Made by a program: the position numbers and the translations under genes
Part shown: one piece after another, positions 46,903 through 56,720 of the stretch
How the letters are laid out: the number at the start of each line of letters is the position of its first letter
Position numbering within the stretch: position 1 is the first letter of the stretch
Notes under the pieces: model-generated
Told to the model about the DNA's origin: nothing
The model's database searches: none
What the model saw: the letters and a program-made list of their open reading frames with translations, nothing else
DNA from: a virus
Taxonomy: Duplodnaviria; Caudoviricetes
Length of the DNA stretch: 64,000 bases
Reading direction: 5' to 3' (one strand)
Virus record (IMG/VR): IMGVR_UViG_2706796752_000001
Location: 64,001 to 128,000 of that record

Positions 46903-48153
46903 ATGGCAAAAGCGAAAGTTAAAGGTAAAGGACCTATTTTAGATTTAACAGCGGATTTCGATTTAAGTGAGTTAACAAGTGAATCTGACGGTCTAGTATT
47001 ATTACAAGACTCTGGATTTGCAGAAGTAAAAGATTGGCTACCTACATTCTTCCCTCGATTAGACCGAGCTCTTGGTGGAGGATTACCTTTCGGTCGTATG
47101 ATTGAGATTGCGGGTATTCCGTCTGGCGGTAAATCAACAATGACCCATCACATTGCACGTGTAGCATCTCAATTAGGCTGTATCGTTGTACTAATCGATG
47201 TAGAGGGTACAAGCGATAAGGTCCGATTAACAACGTTAGGTATTAACACGAAGAAGATTATGATTAAGGAGCCGGATGCTAAAGCAGGTCGTCCGTTAAC
47301 AATCGAGGAAGTTGGTAAAACAGTTGCTAAAACTCTTAAAACTTTCGAAGAGAAAGCGCCTAATCGTCCAATCGTTTACATCTGGGATTCATTAGGACAA
47401 ACCCCTTCAATTGTACAGTACGAGAAAGATTTTGGTGAGAAGGATGTCGGCGCTAAGGCTAACGCTCTAGCTCAGATGTGTACAAAGTTATCACCTTTAA
47501 TCGCAGAATCTAAAGCAATGTTTATCGGTATCAACCAAGTACGTGACGATATTGGTGGTATGAGCTTTGTAAAACAATACAAAACTCCGGGTGGTAAAGC
47601 TTGGGAACACGCGATGTCACAACGTTGGGAAGTTAAACAGAAGAAAGCTATTAAGAAGACAATCAAAGGTAAGGAAGAGCGTATTGGACATATTGCAGGT
47701 ATTCGTACTCGTAAAAACAAAGTAGCTCGTCCGATGCAAGAAGAGGACATTTTCTTAATTGCTGATACTGGATTCGATTATGAGTATAACTTAGTTCACC
47801 AAGGTATCGACGCTGGTATCGCTAAACAATCTGGACAAAGTTACATCTACATTGACCTTAAAGGTAATGAACATAAGATGCAAACAGCTAGATTCCTAGA
47901 TTGGTTACGTGATGAAGAAGAAGGTAATAAGGTACGAGCGGAGATTCTTAATCGATTAATCTGGGAAGAGTTCGGTAGCAAAGGTGAGCCTTATCCAGCT
48001 TCTAATAACTCTATCTTGAAACTCGACAACTGGATTGACCCTATCTACGATATCAGTGATATCACACCAGATGAGGAAGCTCCAGAAGACGACGATGATG
48101 ATGAGCTAAGTGAAATTGACTCAGAAAAATTAAATGCAGTACTAGACTTATAG
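46903..48153 (+). CDS. recA: RecA/UvsX-like recombinase
   Basis: LDRALGGGLPFGRMIEIAG, GGKST, IDVEG, WDS, INQVRD, TPGGKA, KNKVARP. Confidence 0.93.
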   Translation: MAKAKVKGKGPILDLTADFDLSELTSESDGLVLLQDSGFAEVKDWLPTFFPRLDRALGGGLPFGRMIEIAGIPSGGKSTMTHHIARVASQLGCIVVLIDVEGTSDKVRLTTLGINTKKIMIKEPDAKAGRPLTIEEVGKTVAKTLKTFEEKAPNRPIVYIWDSLGQTPSIVQYEKDFGEKDVGAKANALAQMCTKLSPLIAESKAMFIGINQVRDDIGGMSFVKQYKTPGGKAWEHAMSQRWEVKQKKAIKKTIKGKEERIGHIAGIRTRKNKVARPMQEEDIFLIADTGFDYEYNLVHQGIDAGIAKQSGQSYIYIDLKGNEHKMQTARFLDWLRDEEEGNKVRAEILNRLIWEEFGSKGEPYPASNNSILKLDNWIDPIYDISDITPDEEAPEDDDDDELSEIDSEKLNAVLDL

Positions 48154-48183
48154 AGAGAGGGGGTTTCCTCTCTCTTGATTTTT
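48152..48183 (+). terminator. intrinsic terminator
   Basis: AGAGAGAGG-gggttt-CCTCTCTCT followed by a T-rich tract. Confidence 0.65.
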
Positions 48184-48196
48184 AAGGAGGGGTTAG

Positions 48197-48556
48197 ATGA
48201 AAGTAACGAAGGCATCAAACATGGACTTAGTAACAGAACTACTAGAAACGTATAGAGAGCGATTAGAAGTCACATCCTATGAAGCCCCAACTTCATACTC
48301 GGTGGTAAAAGAAGAGATGGAACACTTGATTTCTAAGAAACTACCTGTTATAGTAGAAGTAAAGACAGCCTACGCTGTTCAAACGTCTGTTATGCATCTT
48401 ACAAAAGCATTCGATAGATGGGCTACAGGGTACGCTGAGGGGTACATTGAAGGTGAGTTAGTTAAGATACCTCAAACAATCCATTACTCAGATATCTTGT
48501 GTAAGAAGACGGGTGTAAAAACAATATCGAAAGGAATGTTGCCGGATGGATTCTAG
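48197..48556 (+). CDS. conserved hypothetical protein
   Basis: Conserved position between recA and the sigma factor; TIHYSDILC. Confidence 0.7.
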   Translation: MKVTKASNMDLVTELLETYRERLEVTSYEAPTSYSVVKEEMEHLISKKLPVIVEVKTAYAVQTSVMHLTKAFDRWATGYAEGYIEGELVKIPQTIHYSDILCKKTGVKTISKGMLPDGF

Positions 48557-48567
48557 CAGTGGAGTAA

Positions 48568-49224
48568 ATGAGTAGAGACTTAGAAAAAGAAGCAAATAAG
48601 ATTTTAAATGGTGCTGGTTTCCTTAAGAACATAGAGGAGACTAGCGGTGTGTTCTCACGTGACCCAGAGCAGTTATTTCACCAATACAAGAATCTGAGAG
48701 TATCAGTGTACAATAAGTACAAAGGATACATTCCAGATGAAGCTACTAGAGCGGAATTAATGTCATATATCTCTGAACAGTTTCTACGACTAGTTAAAGA
48801 GTATGATATTAATGGTCCGGTAGACTTCCCGTTCTACGTAGATAACAAGTTAAAGCTCCGTGTCAAGAACAGCTTCATCAAGAATAACTACAGAGACAAG
48901 AGCCGCGTATTCACTACGAAACACGACTTCGATGTAACGGATTTAATAGAGATGAACGAATCTATGGATTCATTACTAGAGGAAATGGAAGTATTAGAGG
49001 CTGCCTTATACGGAGTTAAACTAGATGAGATTGACAGAGATATCTTAACATTACTAGTTCGTGAAAATACAGACAGCTACATCATTAAGATTCTAGTAGC
49101 TAAGTACGCTAGAGATGGTGCAGTACCTGCATTACTCATAGAAGAGAAGCTAGCAGACTTGAAAGAATTGTTACGAACTAGACTACATGAAATGATAAGG
49201 GAGCGAAGTAACCATGTTGGTTAG
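48568..49224 (+). CDS. phage RNA polymerase sigma factor
   Basis: LFHQYKNLR...ELMSYISEQFLRLVKEYD...DFPFYV resembles sigma70 region 2; synteny with Twort-like sigma genes. Confidence 0.8.
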   Translation: MSRDLEKEANKILNGAGFLKNIEETSGVFSRDPEQLFHQYKNLRVSVYNKYKGYIPDEATRAELMSYISEQFLRLVKEYDINGPVDFPFYVDNKLKLRVKNSFIKNNYRDKSRVFTTKHDFDVTDLIEMNESMDSLLEEMEVLEAALYGVKLDEIDRDILTLLVRENTDSYIIKILVAKYARDGAVPALLIEEKLADLKELLRTRLHEMIRERSNHVG

Positions 49225-49372
49225 ATACTATGACGAGTTACATGAAGTAGAACGTATCGACTTCAGCGACAACACAGTATTGCTTACACCTCGCAAGGAG
49301 GGTGAACGCTCATTTTGGATTGACGTAGCTGATGTAGATTGGCGCGATTCTGGGATAGAGGTGAGTTTCTGA
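49214..49372 (+). CDS. small hypothetical protein (52 aa, not in the ORF track)
   Basis: RBS AAGGGAG; MLVRYYDELHEVERIDF... Confidence 0.55.
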   Translation: MLVRYYDELHEVERIDFSDNTVLLTPRKEGERSFWIDVADVDWRDSGIEVSF

Positions 49373-49689
49373 TGAAAGCACGTGTAGAGGTAGATATCTG
49401 GTTCGATGTGGATAACTGGACGGAATCAGAGTTTAAAGATGTTATCGAAGATGCAATTGATGCATATAACGGTTCTGCTGATGTACGAGCTATTAAGCTA
49501 GTTCCTGATGAGGATGAAGCCCCTGTACAATATGTTATCGGTTATCTAGAATTCGATGGTTTTGAGCACAAGATTACCGAAACAGGTTATGATGACAAAG
49601 GTAAATACTACGATATTATCACTAAGTCTGGTGGAGTACATCGGGTATGGGATTCCTACGTCATGGTAACTAACGTACAATTACATTAA
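49372..49689 (+). CDS. hypothetical protein
   Basis: TGATG coupling; RBS GAGGTG. Confidence 0.6.
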   Translation: MKARVEVDIWFDVDNWTESEFKDVIEDAIDAYNGSADVRAIKLVPDEDEAPVQYVIGYLEFDGFEHKITETGYDDKGKYYDIITKSGGVHRVWDSYVMVTNVQLH

Positions 49690-49690
49690 C

Positions 49691-49700
49691 CGCTATATTA
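49691..49700 (+). promoter_or_regulatory. candidate phage late-promoter element CGCTATATTA
   Basis: Identical 10-mer also at 29094 and 62634; no TTGACA upstream; precedes the holin and a virion gene. Confidence 0.55.
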
Positions 49701-49732
49701 TAGGAAGACCCAATAGGGAAAGGATGATATAG

Positions 49733-50026
49733 ATGGAAAATAAACACGAGGTATTTGTACCTGAGGAAGCACCTAAGATTGGAGCTGCAACGATTGTTCG
49801 CTTTATCGTTTTCGGTGTTGCATTAATTAACGCGATTGCTCGTTTATGTGGGCATGAATTAGGATTAGAGATTGACCAGAACGTAGCGTACGATTTAGTA
49901 TCTGCAATCCTATTATTCGGTTCAGCTAGTCATATGGCTTGGAAGAACAACGCGGTAACAAAGCAAGCTCGATTACGAGAACATGCAGCTAAACAAATTG
50001 ATTTAGACAAAGGAGAGGTAAAATAA
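49733..50026 (+). CDS. holin, SPP1 family
   Basis: ATIVRFIVFGVALIN..., two TM helices, AWKNNAVTKQA. Confidence 0.85.
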   Translation: MENKHEVFVPEEAPKIGAATIVRFIVFGVALINAIARLCGHELGLEIDQNVAYDLVSAILLFGSASHMAWKNNAVTKQARLREHAAKQIDLDKGEVK

Positions 50027-50496
50027 TGGCAGTAGTCAAAGTGTCAGATTTCTTAAAGAATCCAACAGCAAAATTAGCAGATGGTGATATCCTATTCGCA
50101 CATGTACGTAGTGAAGGTTACCTACCATCGTTAGAAGGTTCTACATCTTTAGCACAAGGTCAATTAGTATTCCAAGTTAAAACAGTAGGTGGAAAGAAAT
50201 CAATCCTACCAGCTTATATTGACCATCAAGCTCAAGCATTAAAGTTCAAAGACAAAGAACCAGTTGTATACGTTGACGGTACGGACATCGTGTTCCACGT
50301 AGGTCAGAACCATGTAGACAAACAACCTTACAATGGCGCTGGATTCGACAAATACACTGGTGTGAAACCAGAGGATGTCGATAAGCAAATGGTGTTAGCG
50401 TTCTTAGACTTTGCAGATAGCACATTATCACTTGGTGTTAACGACTTCCGTATCGAAGAATCAGCGGTTGAAGCTGCACCCCCTGTAACTCCTTAA
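50026..50496 (+). CDS. putative virion structural protein
   Basis: Follows the sigma and holin genes as in related myophages; ends in a Pro-rich tail. Confidence 0.55.
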   Translation: MAVVKVSDFLKNPTAKLADGDILFAHVRSEGYLPSLEGSTSLAQGQLVFQVKTVGGKKSILPAYIDHQAQALKFKDKEPVVYVDGTDIVFHVGQNHVDKQPYNGAGFDKYTGVKPEDVDKQMVLAFLDFADSTLSLGVNDFRIEESAVEAAPPVTP

Positions 50497-50505
50497 AAAT
50501 AGTAG

Positions 50506-50565
50506 TTGACAAATTTAATAGATTATGATAAAGTAGATACTATAAACGGTATCTACTTTTTTATT
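50506..50565 (+). promoter_or_regulatory. sigmaA promoter overlapped by a terminator
   Basis: TTGACA-N17-TAAAGT; AAAGTAGATAC/GTATCTACTTT stem plus T tract. Confidence 0.8.
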
Positions 50566-50588
50566 GCCGTAAACAAGGAGGAGTTAGA

Positions 50589-51011
50589 ATGGACCAGTTA
50601 AAAGCAGTAAGTGAAAAAGAGCAATGGACGTTTAATCACCAGTCATGTGACTACTGGGACAATGATATGTTTGATTCTCGCGAAGAGGCTATTGTAGAGG
50701 GAGTAAGACATGCTACTGAAATGGGGTGGACAGCGTTGTTTGTAGGTAAGGTTTCTGAACCGTCTATCGGTGTTTGTGGTGACCACGCTATTGACGAGGT
50801 TCAAGAGGATGTATATGACCAGTGCGGCGAGTTTGCAGAAGGATTCTTATCAGGAGTATCCATGGATATGCGACACGAACTGAGTGATATGCTAACCGAT
50901 ACATTTATCACTTGGATGAAAAAGAATGAACTACAACCTACTTTCTTCACAATCACAGAAACAGAGGAAATTAAATTTAAGAATTATGTTGACATTACAG
51001 ACTTAGTGTGA
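50589..51011 (+). CDS. hypothetical acidic protein
   Basis: RBS AAGGAGG. Confidence 0.65.
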   Translation: MDQLKAVSEKEQWTFNHQSCDYWDNDMFDSREEAIVEGVRHATEMGWTALFVGKVSEPSIGVCGDHAIDEVQEDVYDQCGEFAEGFLSGVSMDMRHELSDMLTDTFITWMKKNELQPTFFTITETEEIKFKNYVDITDLV

Positions 51012-51017
51012 TAAGAT
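50989..51017 (+). promoter_or_regulatory. sigmaA promoter embedded in a CDS end
   Basis: TTGACA-N17-TAAGAT. Confidence 0.75.
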
Positions 51018-51047
51018 AGATTAGTAGAATAGAAGAGGAGGGATGAA

Positions 51048-51524
51048 ATGGGTAACTACACAGGATTACGAGCGAAGATTGTAGTGAAAGAAGAGTACTT
51101 ACCTTTAGTTGAGCACGTTATCGACAGTGATGGTGAGTGGGGCGAGGCAGTACAAGCTTTCCCTTTCGTAGAAACGTTATCGAATAAAAACCGTGGAGAC
51201 CAAGTACCTTCCATGTCACCTGCATATATGCCGGATGAATGGGGAGAACACAACGTCAACACGCTAAATAAAGAAACAAGAGAGTGGGAGATTATTTTTG
51301 CTCTTAAAAACTACGATGGTGAAATACAATGTTTCATGAACACTATCTTAGCGAAAATAGCAGAGAAAGTTATTTACATGTATGAGCATTATGAAGAGTG
51401 GGATATCGAGAAACAATACACAGTAGAAAACGGTGTGCTAACTTTTGTCAGATACCTAGATGTATACACAAGAGAACATAGGGATACACCTAAAGATAAT
51501 GTATATAAAGGATGGGGATATTAA
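51048..51524 (+). CDS. hypothetical protein
   Basis: RBS GAGGAGG. Confidence 0.65.
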   Translation: MGNYTGLRAKIVVKEEYLPLVEHVIDSDGEWGEAVQAFPFVETLSNKNRGDQVPSMSPAYMPDEWGEHNVNTLNKETREWEIIFALKNYDGEIQCFMNTILAKIAEKVIYMYEHYEEWDIEKQYTVENGVLTFVRYLDVYTREHRDTPKDNVYKGWGY

Positions 51525-52459
51525 TGAACAAAGAATTAGTGAAGTTGTACATGAAAGATAACTTCATGAATACAATTACACTTCCGGTTATTAAACGTAT
51601 GCTACCGGATTACGAAGTTGATGTTGAATTTGTGGACAAGCTTGATATCCACGCATTAGGAACACAAGCACAGTTAGTAAGTAAGATTATCGTGATAGGG
51701 CTACCTATCTACGAGAATGATGATTTCAAGAAGGCTATCGAGCCGCTGAACAATCCTTTTAGTGACTTCATACACATTAACACTTACGGGAAGAAAGTTA
51801 GTGTAGGTCGCTCTGTGGTAAGCGCAGACTTCCCACCTATCGTTTACCTGAGAACACTATTATTAACTAGTGAAATGACGACATTCCAGAATGTCAAAGA
51901 CAATTCTAAGTATGATTTTAACATTATCAAAGCTAGTAAGAACTACCAACAATGGAACGACGTCGATACAGACAACAATATCAAAATTCTCATGGCGTTA
52001 TACCGTGCGTTTGGGCGTAACATCACAGCTGTGTTAGAGGACAAGCCATTACAGGAGATTATGAAAGAGAATCTACCAGTAGTCAAGAGCCAACTTAAGC
52101 AGCAGTCAGACTTCATAGAGAAGAAACGACAGCAAACAAAATGGATGCGAATCGAGATTAACGGAGAACCTGTACAAGTTGGTACTGTATACGCAGAAGA
52201 CTGGACAAATGAAGTAGCTCACCGGAACCTTAAGGATATTGGCGGAGAGAATGGTGTTGCTCTGGTAGCTAGTACAACGAGAACATCTGACATGGTTCAA
52301 GTACGTACGAAAGGTGTAACAGTTGAACAGTTCTTCGCAGCAGCTAACATGAAGGATGGAACTACAGGTTCTGGTTATGTAGGGACAATGTTTTTACCTA
52401 CTGGTACAGCTAACGTAATTGCAGCAGCGATTAAAGCCATGGCAGAGAGTGGGGAGTAG
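51524..52459 (+). CDS. conserved hypothetical protein, possibly a degenerate DHH/DHHA1-fold protein
   Basis: TAATG coupling; layout resembles DHH proteins but DHH and GGGH motifs are absent. Confidence 0.55.
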   Translation: MNKELVKLYMKDNFMNTITLPVIKRMLPDYEVDVEFVDKLDIHALGTQAQLVSKIIVIGLPIYENDDFKKAIEPLNNPFSDFIHINTYGKKVSVGRSVVSADFPPIVYLRTLLLTSEMTTFQNVKDNSKYDFNIIKASKNYQQWNDVDTDNNIKILMALYRAFGRNITAVLEDKPLQEIMKENLPVVKSQLKQQSDFIEKKRQQTKWMRIEINGEPVQVGTVYAEDWTNEVAHRNLKDIGGENGVALVASTTRTSDMVQVRTKGVTVEQFFAAANMKDGTTGSGYVGTMFLPTGTANVIAAAIKAMAESGE

Positions 52460-52633
52460 ATGTACGACGGATGGTCAGACGAAAAGGTACTGAAGGTATA
52501 TAGAGACTTTAAAGCAGCATTCTTAGACGATTCCCCTTGGAACATGATAAATAGAGCTCACTTCTTCCAATGTATGAAAGCAGCTGAAGAAGAACTAATT
52601 AAACGAGGAGTGTTAATGAATGAAGAAGATTGA
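52460..52633 (+). CDS. small hypothetical protein (57 aa, not in the ORF track)
   Basis: MYDGWSDEKVLKVYRDF...EEELIKRG. Confidence 0.55.
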   Translation: MYDGWSDEKVLKVYRDFKAAFLDDSPWNMINRAHFFQCMKAAEEELIKRGVLMNEED

Positions 52634-53897
52634 ACTATACGAAGATGTGATTGCAGTACTAATGGGATACAGCAAGCGTGAACGCGGGGTAATCGACCGC
52701 ACGCTTGTGAATAAACTATTAACAGGACTAGGACGAGATAAGGTAACGAAAGAGGACTTACAGTTCTGTATCGATGACATTAACAACAGTGAATCACTTG
52801 CAGCTATTTATATGGCAGCTACGAACGGTGACTTAACCGTAGACAATATCGAACCTATTGGAAATGAGGTAGCTGTTGTAGAGGAAAATGTATTCTCTAT
52901 GGTCACGCCTCATATCATGGAGAGACAAAAACAAACCGAGTTCTTACGAGAATACAAGAAAGTACAACGTGAAGGTACAGCTCTTAAAATCTTAATGGAT
53001 GACCTTAAAAAGGAAATCGTAGCAGAGATTAAAGATTTACCAACACCTAAGTACTTAGCCGAGCCTAAGAACGTTAAGATTGCTGAGCATGGGAAAGCAT
53101 TGATTCTAGCATTCTCTGATTGGCATGTAGGTCTTGAAACGTTCCACAGTCGTACTGGTGACTACAATTTCGAGAGATTACAGAATTCGATTAACAGTGT
53201 AGTAGGTTGGGCTAAGCAGCAGATGGATACTCGCGTATTCGACGAGATTCATGTACTATTCTTAGGTGATATCATCGAGAACCAAGTTATGCGTAATACG
53301 CAGTCATTCGACTTAGAGTTCCACATGGCAGCACAGATTAGTAAATCTATCAGATTGTTCGTAGAGATGCTTAACGACCTGTCAGCAAATCATACGGTAC
53401 ACTTTAGTATGATTACAGGTAACCACTCACGATTCTTCCAAAACAAGAATGATAATCTAGCAAATAATAATGTTGAGTACATTATTCTAGACACGCTTAT
53501 CATGATTCAAGAAGAGTTGAACCAGATGCCTAACGTAGTAATTACTGACAATCGAAACAAGAATGATATGTTTGATATCGAGGTAGTAGGTCATCGCGTA
53601 GTAGGTACGCATGGTGACAAGATGCCTAAGGCAAAAGAGAAGATTCCAGTGTTTATGAAGAATGGTAAAACTATTAAAATCTTATTCTCTGGTCACTTAC
53701 ACTACCTAGACATTACACAAGAGTCATTCGGTCGTATGCACTACCAAGTATCGTCACCAGTAGGAGAAAATGATTATAGTAGCTCACTGAACCTACCAGC
53801 AACGATGCCATCTCAGTCTGCTGTTGTGTTATATCGTGGTAAAGAAACATATGAATCTACTACACTAATGTTTGGAGAAAACGGAGAGCTGGCATAA
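52620..53897 (+). CDS. calcineurin-like metallophosphoesterase
   Basis: SDWH, LGDIIE, GNH, THGD, SGHLH. Confidence 0.88.
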   Translation: MKKIELYEDVIAVLMGYSKRERGVIDRTLVNKLLTGLGRDKVTKEDLQFCIDDINNSESLAAIYMAATNGDLTVDNIEPIGNEVAVVEENVFSMVTPHIMERQKQTEFLREYKKVQREGTALKILMDDLKKEIVAEIKDLPTPKYLAEPKNVKIAEHGKALILAFSDWHVGLETFHSRTGDYNFERLQNSINSVVGWAKQQMDTRVFDEIHVLFLGDIIENQVMRNTQSFDLEFHMAAQISKSIRLFVEMLNDLSANHTVHFSMITGNHSRFFQNKNDNLANNNVEYIILDTLIMIQEELNQMPNVVITDNRNKNDMFDIEVVGHRVVGTHGDKMPKAKEKIPVFMKNGKTIKILFSGHLHYLDITQESFGRMHYQVSSPVGENDYSSSLNLPATMPSQSAVVLYRGKETYESTTLMFGENGELA

Positions 53898-53922
53898 GCT
53901 GGCTCCCTTAGGAGGTAATAGA

Positions 53923-54255
53923 ATGACTAGAAGACTAGTATGTTATAAAGATGTTTGGGAAACAGAAGAAGGTGAAACGTTTCGTGCGGCTATTAAACAT
54001 GATTTAGACATGCTCGAAGACAGTAAAGAACCAAAATTATCATGTTGCGAGGCTAGTGGACAGTTAGTATCTTGTGTTGTTAAGATGTATCCAAGTAAAG
54101 AGTTAGCTAGAACAGTTCGGAACGTGTACACTCCATTTAGATGTGAGTATATACCTAAGAAAGAATTCATCAAAGAGCTACTAATCCAATCAGGTAATAA
54201 ATACGCTATCGTAGAGAATGTTAAGATGGATGAAACGGGGTATGAGTTAGTATGA
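53923..54255 (+). CDS. hypothetical protein
   Basis: RBS AGGAGG before ATG 53923. Confidence 0.6.
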   Translation: MTRRLVCYKDVWETEEGETFRAAIKHDLDMLEDSKEPKLSCCEASGQLVSCVVKMYPSKELARTVRNVYTPFRCEYIPKKEFIKELLIQSGNKYAIVENVKMDETGYELV

Positions 54256-54635
54256 CGAATATCGATTTAGTATTGTGTGTTATCGCAGCTAGTATCGGCG
54301 TTAACTACGGGTTGAAGTTACTAGGAGTTGTAGCACAGTTTAAAGAGATTAAAACTAAAGGAGAGACACCTTTGTACGGGACAGTATTGTTAGGTTTCGG
54401 GTTAACCTTAGTAGCTGAGATTGTGTTTGCCTTCTTTTACACACAACTCTACTTTAACTTTATCGAAATCTATTACTTAACAGCTATGGCGTTTGGTATC
54501 TCGCTATTCTTTATTAAAAACATAGTAGCTCACTACACCGCGTATGGGTACTGGGCAATTGTAGTTAAGAAGAATGAAAAGAAATTCAAAGAGAGCTTAA
54601 AAAGAGATATTAAGAAAATGGGAGGAGAGGCTTAA
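54252..54635 (+). CDS. membrane protein (about 3 TM segments)
   Basis: Hydrophobic helices and a basic C-terminus. Confidence 0.7.
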   Translation: MTNIDLVLCVIAASIGVNYGLKLLGVVAQFKEIKTKGETPLYGTVLLGFGLTLVAEIVFAFFYTQLYFNFIEIYYLTAMAFGISLFFIKNIVAHYTAYGYWAIVVKKNEKKFKESLKRDIKKMGGEA

Positions 54636-54682
54636 AAAGTCTCTCTTTTTTGTTGACTTTTTTAAAATAGTGTGCTATATTA
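54624..54682 (+). promoter_or_regulatory. terminator plus sigmaA promoter
   Basis: GGAGAGGCTT/AAGTCTCTC stem plus T tract; TTGACT(54653)-N17-TATATT. Confidence 0.8.
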
Positions 54683-54710
54683 GTAATATAATAATTAAGG
54701 AGGAGATAAC

Positions 54711-54980
54711 ATGAGTGAAGTTAAAACAGGTTATTTTGTAGATGGTGGTAATGGAGGTTTATATCGTAGAATCCATTGTGTAACAGACGGTGATGATTTC
54801 ATTGAGGTTGGGACAGCTTTTGATGAAGAACAGCGATTCGCGTTTAATATTGAGATGCATTACTCATCTAGTGACGAATCAGGGGAGAATCCTTCTATCA
54901 ATCTTACGCCAGAAACAGCTAAACTATTAATTCAAGATTTAGAAGCATACATTCGTGATTGTGAGGAGGATGTAGAATGA
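54711..54980 (+). CDS. hypothetical acidic protein
   Basis: RBS AAGGAGG. Confidence 0.65.
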   Translation: MSEVKTGYFVDGGNGGLYRRIHCVTDGDDFIEVGTAFDEEQRFAFNIEMHYSSSDESGENPSINLTPETAKLLIQDLEAYIRDCEEDVE

Positions 54981-55324
54981 CTTTAGAGAAACATGTACAT
55001 GATGAAGGTAAAGGTTTTCATTTACCATTAGGAATCGAATTGAAACACTTAGTTCGAGAAAAAGAACTAATCGATTACGGGATTGCGATTAAAGACATCT
55101 ATGACGTTATCAAAACTGAGTTAATTCATGAAGCGAGACAAGGTAAAACACAGTACATGTTACCAAAGGGTAACGCAAATGAGATGGGAATTGGATGTAT
55201 ATTTGAGTCGAAAATTATCCGTCAAATGATAATCGAGGAGCTTCATTATAACAAGATAAAAGTATACCGAAAACGAAATGACACGTTAGGAGTATACGGG
55301 TTAGAATTTCAATGGGAGGTGTAA
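54977..55324 (+). CDS. hypothetical protein
   Basis: ATGA overlap. Confidence 0.6.
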   Translation: MTLEKHVHDEGKGFHLPLGIELKHLVREKELIDYGIAIKDIYDVIKTELIHEARQGKTQYMLPKGNANEMGIGCIFESKIIRQMIIEELHYNKIKVYRKRNDTLGVYGLEFQWEV

Positions 55325-55327
55325 TGA

Positions 55328-55987
55328 ATGACAGGTGTTATCGAGAATGCAATGCCTCATTTGTCAGGTAAGTATTTACGTTATACGAAACAGGGCGCAA
55401 TCAGTGTAGGAGGGGAACCTCATTACATTGTAGACCTTATCAAAGAACATGACGGTACGATGTATGCAATCGTATTTAAAGCTCATACGCCGCATCCAAA
55501 AGGGGTTACTCCTAAGAAGAAGGCAACAGCTAAGAGTGAACGTATGAATCCATTTAGCATTAATACAACATTAGGAGCTTGGGCGAATAGTAAACTACCA
55601 GCTAAGTATAAGAAGCAATGGGTAATTGATGACCCATTATTCGTATGCCCTATTGTCAATGGTGTATCAACTTTATCCGGTCGACGTGGACAAGGTTTCT
55701 ACGAACGTGAACCTGATGTACTTAAACCTCGTGGTGGTGAGCTGGTTATGGTTCGTGGCGATTACACAGGCGTATTTATTCATTTAAACGATGTATACTG
55801 GTTCAATGAGTTCTCTGTAGGAGTCAAGAATATTGTACAAGCCTTGTCTATGCAACAGGGAGAGTTTATATCAGACTTCTATGACCTAGAACATAGTAAC
55901 GAAAGTGTAAGTAGTCCATTGTCACGATATTACGAAGTACTAGATAAGGGGTTGGAAGAAATTGATGACCAAAGAAGAGTACGATAA
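55328..55987 (+). CDS. conserved hypothetical protein
   Basis: RBS GGAGGTG; 219 aa. Confidence 0.65.
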   Translation: MTGVIENAMPHLSGKYLRYTKQGAISVGGEPHYIVDLIKEHDGTMYAIVFKAHTPHPKGVTPKKKATAKSERMNPFSINTTLGAWANSKLPAKYKKQWVIDDPLFVCPIVNGVSTLSGRRGQGFYEREPDVLKPRGGELVMVRGDYTGVFIHLNDVYWFNEFSVGVKNIVQALSMQQGEFISDFYDLEHSNESVSSPLSRYYEVLDKGLEEIDDQRRVR

Positions 55988-56111
55988 AAGAATGGATGAA
56001 CTGGTTTACGAACGGGAAGAAGCTTTTGCTAACGGCTTCTACGGTCGTGCCGATAGAATCCTAGAAAAGATGATTGATTTAGTAGATAAACAAAAGAGGT
56101 CACGCGTATGA
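55965..56111 (+). CDS. UVR-like helical-hairpin microprotein (48 aa, not in the ORF track)
   Basis: MTKEEYDKRMDELVYEREEAFANGFYGRADRILEKMIDLVDKQ. Confidence 0.6.
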   Translation: MTKEEYDKRMDELVYEREEAFANGFYGRADRILEKMIDLVDKQKRSRV

Positions 56112-56332
56112 GCGAGTACAACCCGTACGGAGGAACGAAAACTGTTATTAGTAGTTTACCCGTCGAAACTAAATTCTACGTCTGTAACGGGTCGTGGAGA
56201 GGTTCTATCGTAATGAAAGACGGAGTTAAACAATTACAAATAGGTACAGGTAAATACGCATCATATCGAAAGTTTGAAGGAGAGTACAAGAATCACCCAT
56301 TATGGATTGATATTGAGGAGGAAGGTAAATGA
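56108..56332 (+). CDS. hypothetical protein
   Basis: ATGA overlap. Confidence 0.6.
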   Translation: MSEYNPYGGTKTVISSLPVETKFYVCNGSWRGSIVMKDGVKQLQIGTGKYASYRKFEGEYKNHPLWIDIEEEGK

Positions 56333-56535
56333 CACCAGAGGAAGCTAGGGAGCTAATTAACAATGCTACAGATGAAGAGATTTACGACGTGTTAGATGAG
56401 ACGAAAGATGATATTTGTAGAGCTGTACGTAACAGTTTCTGGTCAGATATTGATAACTTAGTTAGAAAGGCTAAAGCTATGGAAGCGGAACTTAGATGGA
56501 GACAAAATGAACGAGAAGCGAGGTTCGGACGATGA
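56329..56535 (+). CDS. helical-hairpin microprotein
   Basis: ATGA overlap; RBS GAGGAGG. Confidence 0.6.
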   Translation: MTPEEARELINNATDEEIYDVLDETKDDICRAVRNSFWSDIDNLVRKAKAMEAELRWRQNEREARFGR

Positions 56536-56720
56536 GTAATCCACATGAATTTATCACTACTAGTTTAAATGAGTTGCACGCAATTAAGCATAAGCTTAGT
56601 TTATTAGATAAAATGGCTACCATGGCTGCTGATGCAGGTATGTGGTCCGCTCTAGCTGGAATTAGAGAAGAGGAGGCGAGATTAAATGAGCTCAGAAAAG
56701 CGTATTTCTTTTATGAATGA
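56532..56720 (+). CDS. helical-hairpin microprotein
   Basis: ATGA overlap. Confidence 0.6.
   Translation: MSNPHEFITTSLNELHAIKHKLSLLDKMATMAADAGMWSALAGIREEEARLNELRKAYFFYE

Noticed and set aside
49733-50026. Holin without an adjacent endolysin as a novelty
   Set aside because: Separated lysis genes are common in this phage group.
50488-50530. Programmed frameshift at CCT TAA adding an Ig-like domain to the virion protein
   Set aside because: Both alternative frames stop within about 12 codons and a promoter follows, so no extension is encoded.
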